A stretch of 63,973 bases of DNA, the filler included, from an uncultured bacterium (GTDB taxonomy: Bacteria > DAOPZR01): assembly GCA_964637655.1 (NCBI GenBank). It is 4 parts of 4 records of this genome, joined end to end, with 100 filler letters (N's around TTAATTAATTAA, not from the genome) between each part and the next. Parts side by side here need not be neighbours in the genome. Positions count along the whole stretch, not along the records: positions 50,342 to 63,973 come from CAZWUZ010000079.1; 3 more parts are not named here. The stretch is one strand, 5' to 3'. Position numbers and translations under genes: made by a program. The notes under the pieces were generated by a model. The model saw only the letters and a program-made list of their open reading frames with translations, was not told the DNA's origin and searched no databases. Below are positions 58,472 to 63,973 of this stretch, piece by piece; the stretch's first letter is position 1; each line of letters starts with the position of its first letter.

Positions 58472-59892
58472 CGGAACGCCTGCCGCCAGCCGTCGCGCCA
58501 CTGGCGTGACGAAACCGCGCACAGTTCAGTGACCGGTGCCCAGTCATCGCTGAGCGGGCGGACGCCGGCAACGGGTGTGACAAAGCGCCCGGCCATGGTG
58601 CTGAAATAATGGTTGGCATAGGCGTCGTCGCTGTGCAGCTGCGCGGCAACATCGGGGAGCGCCCCGGCTGTCATGAACCAGACGCGGTTGCGCACGGGTC
58701 CGTCATTGGCCACGTCGCAGGTGCGGAGCGTGGTAAATACGGGGACGGCCGCAGCGGCGAAGGCGGCGCAGAACTCCCGGCTGCCGGCATCGTCGCCGAC
58801 GAGGGTATTGATCGCGAGGACGCCGCTGTCGGTGAGCAGTGAGCGATAATGCTGCAGTGCCTCGCGGGTGAACAGGTGCCAAGGGGTTTCATTGGCGGAA
58901 AAGGCGTCGACGCAGATGAGATCGTAGCGCACGCCCGGCGCGGGACGGTACTGCCTCCCGTCGGCAATGATGGCTTCACCGTGCCAGCCGAACCAGCCGC
59001 GTGCCGCGTCGCGGACGACCGGGTTGATCTCGACGACATACGTCTGCCAGTTGAGCGCGGCCAGCAGCGAAGGAAGCGAGCCGGCACCGAGGCCGATGAC
59101 GAGGGCGCGTCCGGTGGTATTGCGCAATGCGACGGGATAGAGCAGGTAATACGGATACCCGGCATTTGTGATGTTGCCGCCGCGCAGTGTCACGGATTGA
59201 GGAATGCCGTCGATGCTCAGCATACGTACCCGTAGTTCACCCAGTTCGCGGTCGGTGACGGTGATCTCGCCGTAATGGCTTGCCGTGCGCAGGCGGACCG
59301 CGCTGTCATAATCGAACATTGCCGCCGCCGGTCCGGCGATGAGGAGCAGGAGAACGGGCGCGACGGAATACCGCACCGGGATGGCGGCGGTCAGCGCCAG
59401 CGCGGCAAAGAGCGCGAGGAGCATGGTGGTGGTGAGGTGGGGGACGAGAACGAAACCGGTGAGCATGGCACCGAGGAACGAGCCGATGGTGGAGAGTGAA
59501 AAGGCGCGCCCGGCAGCAAGGCGCGAGCCGCGGATGATGAGCGGGCCGACTGTNNNNNNNNNNGGGAAGACCAGCAGCCAGGCAGCATAGAGGAAGGTAC
59601 TCAGGCGCAGGTCGAGCGTATCGAGCAGCGCGGCAACCGGAGCACGGGTCAGGGCGATGACCAGCATCCAGCCCGCGGCAAGGGAGAAGATGACGGTAAG
59701 CGCGCGCGGGATACGTTTTTCCGGGATGGCATCACCGATGCGGTAGCCGATGGCGAGCGCCAGCAGGGAGAGCGCGATGGCTGCAGCCCAGGTGTAGACC
59801 GCGGTCCCGAAATGCGGCGCGATGATGCGCGGCGCCAGCAGTTCCAGTCCCATTATGACGAACCCGCCCGTAAAGAGCCGCCACCAAACCAT
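58468..59892 (-). CDS. Fused membrane domain / spermidine-synthase-like SAM-dependent transferase
   Basis: MGLELLAPRII.PHFG...TW, STIGSFLG..GFVLVP, LVIGLGAG, VEINP, ADGR, VDAF, DDWAP; contains a 10-N gap at 59554-59563. Confidence 0.85.
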   Translation of the reverse strand: MVWWRLFTGGFVIMGLELLAPRIIAPHFGTAVYTWAAAIALSLLALAIGYRIGDAIPEKRIPRALTVIFSLAAGWMLVIALTRAPVAALLDTLDLRLSTFLYAAWLLVFXXXXTVGPLIIRGSRLAAGRAFSLSTIGSFLGAMLTGFVLVPHLTTTMLLALFAALALTAAIPVRYSVAPVLLLLIAGPAAAMFDYDSAVRLRTASHYGEITVTDRELGELRVRMLSIDGIPQSVTLRGGNITNAGYPYYLLYPVALRNTTGRALVIGLGAGSLPSLLAALNWQTYVVEINPVVRDAARGWFGWHGEAIIADGRQYRPAPGVRYDLICVDAFSANETPWHLFTREALQHYRSLLTDSGVLAINTLVGDDAGSREFCAAFAAAAVPVFTTLRTCDVANDGPVRNRVWFMTAGALPDVAAQLHSDDAYANHYFSTMAGRFVTPVAGVRPLSDDWAPVTELCAVSSRQWRDGWRQAFR

Positions 59893-60160
59893 GATGCTGT
59901 TGCCATCCCCCCCCCTGCAGTCTTTCTGCTGCCGGGCATAATATATCTGCCGGCAGACGGATGAATCAAGAGCAAAAAATGCGCCAAAATTATCAAATAT
60001 ACAATTATCTGCTACATAACGTGATATGTAGTCAGTTCATAAACATGTAATGATATTGGTCAGTTAGTATCCAAATTTCAGGTACGATATAGAACGAATA
60101 CTTTACAAGTGCTGAAGTCATACGGTAGAATTGTCATATCACGTAATCAGGGGGGATGAC

Positions 60161-60955
60161 ATGGCAACTCGCATTTTCTACTTTACCGGGACTGGCAACT
60201 CGCTCTTTGTCGCGCGCGAACTGGCCGCCAAGCTGGGCGGGGCACAACTGGTGCCGATGACGCAGGTGGTCAATGGCGGCACTGTCCCTGACGACGCCGA
60301 CTGCGTCGGGCTCGTCTTTCCTATCTACATGTTCGGGCCGCCGCTGCTCGTCTGCGACTTCATCCGCCGCGTACAGCTCAAGCCCGCGACCTACATCTTC
60401 GCGGTCGCCACCATGGGCGGGTGGGCGGCGCGGACCATGCCCATCCTGCGCGACCAACTCAAGGCGCGTTCTCTCGACCTTGCCTACAGTGCGCTCGTCA
60501 CCCTGCCCGGCAACTACACCCCGTTCTACGGGGCCATCCCGGTGGAGAAGCAGCAGGCGCAATTCAAGGCGGCCACCAAACAGGTCGACACCCTCGCCGC
60601 CGCGATCATCTCACAGTCGCAAAACGCCCCCGCCACCAACCTGCCGCTTATCAATCATCTTTTTGCCTGGCTGTACCGCAAAGGCATTGCCAAGGTGCCT
60701 GCTGCCGACAGCAAATTCAGCGTCGACGATACCTGCACGAAATGCGGGGTCTGCGCCCAGGTCTGTCCGGTGAAAAACATCACCCTCGTCGACGGCAAAC
60801 CGCAATGGCAGCACCATTGCCAGCAGTGCATGGCCTGCCTGCAGTACTGCCCCCCCGCGGCGATCCAGCACGGGAAGAAGACGCGCGGGCGCAAGCGCTA
60901 CCGCCACCCGCAGTGCAGCGTCGCCAACCTGCGCGCCCAGGCCGACGCGAAGTGA
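60161..60955 (+). CDS. Flavodoxin-ferredoxin fusion (EFR1 family)
   Basis: FYFTGTGNS, FPIY, PGNY, CTKCGVCAQVCP and CQQCMACLQYCP, RYRHP. Confidence 0.9.
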   Translation: MATRIFYFTGTGNSLFVARELAAKLGGAQLVPMTQVVNGGTVPDDADCVGLVFPIYMFGPPLLVCDFIRRVQLKPATYIFAVATMGGWAARTMPILRDQLKARSLDLAYSALVTLPGNYTPFYGAIPVEKQQAQFKAATKQVDTLAAAIISQSQNAPATNLPLINHLFAWLYRKGIAKVPAADSKFSVDDTCTKCGVCAQVCPVKNITLVDGKPQWQHHCQQCMACLQYCPPAAIQHGKKTRGRKRYRHPQCSVANLRAQADAK

Positions 60956-60959
60956 CCGT

Positions 60960-61115
60960 GCCGTTGACGCAGTATGCGAAGAACTCAATGCGGTCAGCGT
61001 GCGTGCCCGGTATCCGGAACGCCTGAGAGCATTGCAACGTGAATATAATCAGCAGCGCTCGCGCCGGTTGCTGGCAGATACGCGGAAGGTGATCGGATGG
61101 CTCAAAAAACAGTGA
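60960..61115 (+). pseudogene. C-terminal remnant of a HEPN domain gene
   Basis: Frame reads EELNAVSVRARYPERLRALQREYNQQRSRRLLADTRKVIGWLKKQ*, with the RYP motif and WLK end; overlaps the MNT start; no start codon or N-terminal half. Confidence 0.6.
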
Positions 61116-61399
61116 GTGCGGTTCGCCGTACGGTGACGAACCTGCTGCGGCGGCGGGGGATGCGGGTCGAACGGGTGGTCGTTTTCGGTTCGGCTGCGCG
61201 CGGGGCGCTGCGTGCTGACAGTGATATTGATCTGGCTATTGTGTCCAGCAGCTTCCGGCGCCGGAGCCTGCGCCGTCGTCTGGCACTGACTTCCGGATTA
61301 CATAGCGAACTGGTGCAGGTTTTCAACCGGCCGTTTGACATCCTGTATTTTTCTGACGAGGAGTGGCGGCGCGGTGATGGTATAATGCTTGCCGGCTGA
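61097..61399 (+). CDS. Minimal nucleotidyltransferase (MNT)
   Basis: VFGSAARG...SDIDLAIVS. Confidence 0.85.
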   Translation: MAQKTVSAVRRTVTNLLRRRGMRVERVVVFGSAARGALRADSDIDLAIVSSSFRRRSLRRRLALTSGLHSELVQVFNRPFDILYFSDEEWRRGDGIMLAG

Positions 61400-61464
61400 C
61401 CTGTCGGGGCCGCACAAGCCGACCATGAAATATCGCAAGTCGGGTTCGAGATTTCAAGGTTGCC

Positions 61465-61490
61465 AGCCGGCTGCGGGAACGCAGCCGGCT
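61465..61490. terminator. Hairpin between convergent genes
   Basis: 11-bp stem AGCCGGCTGCG / CGCAGCCGGCT with GGAA loop. Confidence 0.55.
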
Positions 61491-63435
61491 ATCGGTTGGG
61501 TATGAAATGCCGGCCGATATACCGGCCGAGGGTCTGCAGCGTCAGCCCGTCCGGCAGTGCCCGGTTGCTGAAGAGCACGCCCGGCACCGCGGCCGCGTCG
61601 ATGCAATGATCGCCGCTCCACCTGCCCGTATTGTCGCTGAACAATTCCTCTGACACGCCTCCCACTGCACTTTGTGATGAAATGCGCCACCCGCGCGCAC
61701 AGCCGACGATGATGTCGGGCGCCTGCGTACCGGGGGCGCTATACGTTTCTCCCGACAGGTACACATGCGCCACCGGGTGCTCGCCTGTTTCCGGGTCGGT
61801 CAGCGCCAGCAGTTTCTCCCTGAGTTCCGCTGCCAGTGCTGCCGCTTCACCGTCGCTGACGATGCCCTGCGCCTCGCGTCCCTGCTGGTTGAGGTACAGC
61901 CCGCAGAAACCGAGCCCGTAGGCGCGACTCTTTGCCCAGTCGGCACCGCGAAAGAATCTTTCGCTTTCGGGAGCAACGAGATACCCTTCCTCCACTAACC
62001 AGCGGTTCAGATGGAAGGCCCGCCGGAAGGGGGCGAAGCCATGGTCGCTGAAGACCAGCAGCGTATCGTCAGCGCGCAACTGCCGCTGCACCTGCCCGAC
62101 GAAGGCGTCAAGCGCCTGGTACGAACGCAAAATGACCTTCCCTGCTGTCGCGTCATCGGTCTCCATCTCGCGCCAGAACAGATGCTGCACGCGGTCAGGC
62201 ACGTCGAACACCATGCTGAGTAGCCCGTCGCGCTGCTTCGCCAGTTCGCCGAGCAGCATCGTTTCCCGCTCTTCCCGTATACGTTTTGCCAGCGCGAGAA
62301 ATGCCTCCGGCGGGAGTGCGCCGTCCTTGACCGCATCGAGCGGTTCCGCCATGCCCAGCGTGTGAAACAGATGATGTCGCTTGAACAGTTCCGCCCCGAA
62401 GCCGCGCGGTGCGACGAAGGGCAGCACGGGTAAACGCGGATGGGGCATGAGCGGCGAGACGAACAGGCGCAGCGGCTGCAGCGACACTGCATAAAAATCG
62501 ACGAGCGCAGGTACCGTGGCAAAACGTCCGACGCGGAAGCGCACCTCCTGCAAGGGCGACCATTCCCCGACCCGCAGTGTCGCGTTGCCCCCGTCCCAGC
62601 TGATGGTCAGTGTGTCACCGGTCACCTGCAACTGCAGCGCAACCGTGGCCGGCTGCCCGTCAGTGCGCAGCGGTCCTGCCAGCGTCACGGCCGCCCGCCC
62701 GTCAGCAGGGGTGAGCGCAATAATTTTCTCTGCCGGCACATCATGCGGCGGGGCGCCCGCGCAGACGAGACGGTAATCACCCTGCCGTCCGCGCACGTCT
62801 GTCACCCCGAGCGAGGCGAGCACCCGCGCTCCCCCCTCACGCCCGGTGGGGAACGTCAGTGGCTGGCGCAGCATGGTCACGCGCACGCCGCGCCGCGCGA
62901 GGCGCCGGTAAAATGGCTCACCCCGCCGCTGCTGCGTGACGCGCGCCCCGCCCAGCGGCACGCGCCACCGGCCGGCAAGCAGGAAACTGCCGACGCTCTC
63001 GACTTCCCCCGTCGTCAGCCGCGGGCGGCAGGTGGCGAAATCAGGAACGAGAAAATCGCTGACGCCATGGGTTCCCGCATCCGTACCGGTGAGGAAGGAC
63101 GACCATGCCACGGGCGATTCGGGCGGCACACTCGTCGGCAGCTGCCGGTAGCCGCCCGTCACGCGCAGCGCTGTCAGGTTGGGGAGCAAGCCCTCGTCCA
63201 TCCAGCGCTCCGCCAGCTGCGCGTCCATGCCGTCGAAACCGAGCAGCACGACCCGCGCCGGGAGCACCCCGTAGTACCGCCGCCGCAGCCAGCGCCAGAG
63301 CAGGCGGAACGGATACGCCAGCGCCGCCAGCAGCGCGCCGATAACCCCGAGCAGCCAGGGCAGCACCGTCCCCGCCAGCACCGCCCCCGTGCCCGGGTCG
63401 ATGTAGCCGACAAAACTACCAGAGAGGTGTTCCAT
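61489..63435 (-). CDS. Alkaline phosphatase superfamily (type I phosphodiesterase / nucleotide pyrophosphatase) protein
   Basis: LGFDGMD, PPESPVAWSSFLTG, DRVQHLFW, FSDHGF, WSGDHC; N-terminal YIDPGTG + TM helix. Confidence 0.88.
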   Translation of the reverse strand: MEHLSGSFVGYIDPGTGAVLAGTVLPWLLGVIGALLAALAYPFRLLWRWLRRRYYGVLPARVVLLGFDGMDAQLAERWMDEGLLPNLTALRVTGGYRQLPTSVPPESPVAWSSFLTGTDAGTHGVSDFLVPDFATCRPRLTTGEVESVGSFLLAGRWRVPLGGARVTQQRRGEPFYRRLARRGVRVTMLRQPLTFPTGREGGARVLASLGVTDVRGRQGDYRLVCAGAPPHDVPAEKIIALTPADGRAAVTLAGPLRTDGQPATVALQLQVTGDTLTISWDGGNATLRVGEWSPLQEVRFRVGRFATVPALVDFYAVSLQPLRLFVSPLMPHPRLPVLPFVAPRGFGAELFKRHHLFHTLGMAEPLDAVKDGALPPEAFLALAKRIREERETMLLGELAKQRDGLLSMVFDVPDRVQHLFWREMETDDATAGKVILRSYQALDAFVGQVQRQLRADDTLLVFSDHGFAPFRRAFHLNRWLVEEGYLVAPESERFFRGADWAKSRAYGLGFCGLYLNQQGREAQGIVSDGEAAALAAELREKLLALTDPETGEHPVAHVYLSGETYSAPGTQAPDIIVGCARGWRISSQSAVGGVSEELFSDNTGRWSGDHCIDAAAVPGVLFSNRALPDGLTLQTLGRYIGRHFIPNR

Positions 63436-63973
63436 CGATCTCTGATGGCACCGTGAGCCCGTAGTGCCGCAGCAGCGTCGGGGCGATGTCCATGATATGC
63501 GGCGCGCTGCGCGTGAGCGGGCGTGTGCTGCAGAAGACGCCCGGGACCAGCGCCGGGTCGACCAGATGGTCGCCGCTCCACTGTTTCAGGTTGTCTTCGA
63601 CGGTTGCCGCCGGCACCGCGCCGAGCGCGGTCTGCCACGACGCGCGATACCCCGCGCCAAAGCCGAGGAAAAGGTCGGGCCCGTTTGCGGCATACGGGCC
63701 GGAGTAGATCTCCGCGCAGTCAGCCACCGAGCGCACCACCGGTTCGCGCCCGTCACGCCACGCGGCAAAGGCCACGGCCAGTTCGCGCTTCAGTGCCGGC
63801 ACCTCCGACTCCGTGACGATACCCTGACCCTCGCGCCCCGCGCGGTTGAGGTAGACACCACCCAGCCCGAGCGCATACGCCCGTGTCCTGCTCCAGTCGA
63901 CCTGCGCGACAAACTCCGCGCTGGTATCCGCACCATCAGTGAGCACGAGGAACCCGCGCGCGCGCAGGGACCT
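63416..63973 (-). CDS. Second alkaline phosphatase superfamily protein, C-terminal part (runs off the window)
   Basis: VDWSRTRAYALGLGG.YLN..GRE.QG, WSGDH, DIAPT; paralogous to the downstream gene. Confidence 0.85.
   Translation of the reverse strand, partial: RSLRARGFLVLTDGADTSAEFVAQVDWSRTRAYALGLGGVYLNRAGREGQGIVTESEVPALKRELAVAFAAWRDGREPVVRSVADCAEIYSGPYAANGPDLFLGFGAGYRASWQTALGAVPAATVEDNLKQWSGDHLVDPALVPGVFCSTRPLTRSAPHIMDIAPTLLRHYGLTVPSEIDGTPLW

Noticed and set aside
59554-59563. Disruption of the spermidine-synthase-like gene
   Set aside because: A 10-N scaffold gap; frame and motifs continue on both sides.
7102-59892. Polyamine system linking pot genes and the spermidine-synthase-like gene
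   Set aside because: Different contigs, so no evidence of physical linkage.
1-63973. tRNA, rRNA, riboswitch, integrase or transposase genes
   Set aside because: None recognised by eye; an Infernal/Rfam and tRNAscan-SE run would be needed to exclude small RNAs.

Overview
GC-rich bacterial draft or metagenome sequence made of four contigs (1-16762, 16863-33528, 33629-50241, 50342-63973) joined by artificial N44-TTAATTAATTAA-N44 spacers, so adjacency across spacers is not biological evidence. Contig 1: a RiPP-type precursor with two tandem nitrile-hydratase-like (NHLP) leader domains and a 6-Cys core, a VIT-vWA protein paired with a caspase-fold-like protein, a PDZ lipoprotein, a B12 radical SAM enzyme, a polyamine ABC transporter with a PotC-PotD fusion, EEP and macro-domain proteins and a PLP-enzyme cluster. 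Contig 2: envelope glycan genes, a stand-alone Smr protein, rpmF-plsX-fabG-acpP-rnc, an M48 protease, recG and the edge of a type I restriction locus. Contig 3: a frameshifted type ISP/IIG-like R-M gene, an ABC-ATPase/TOPRIM defence-like pair, uvrA, two PiT transporters with DUF47 and a sigma54 two-component system next to a candidate target promoter, and fdrA-ylbE. Contig 4: a >2700-aa repetitive secreted protein, a fused membrane/spermidine-synthase-like protein, a flavodoxin-ferredoxin, a decayed HEPN-MNT module and two alkaline-phosphatase-superfamily genes. No tRNA, rRNA or CRISPR array was seen. All family calls come from reading motifs by eye; no database search was run. Best novelty candidates: the double-leader NHLP precursor, two duplication-flanked micro-insertions (potC 5' end, inside hsdR), and the sigma54-controlled orphan gene in the PiT locus.
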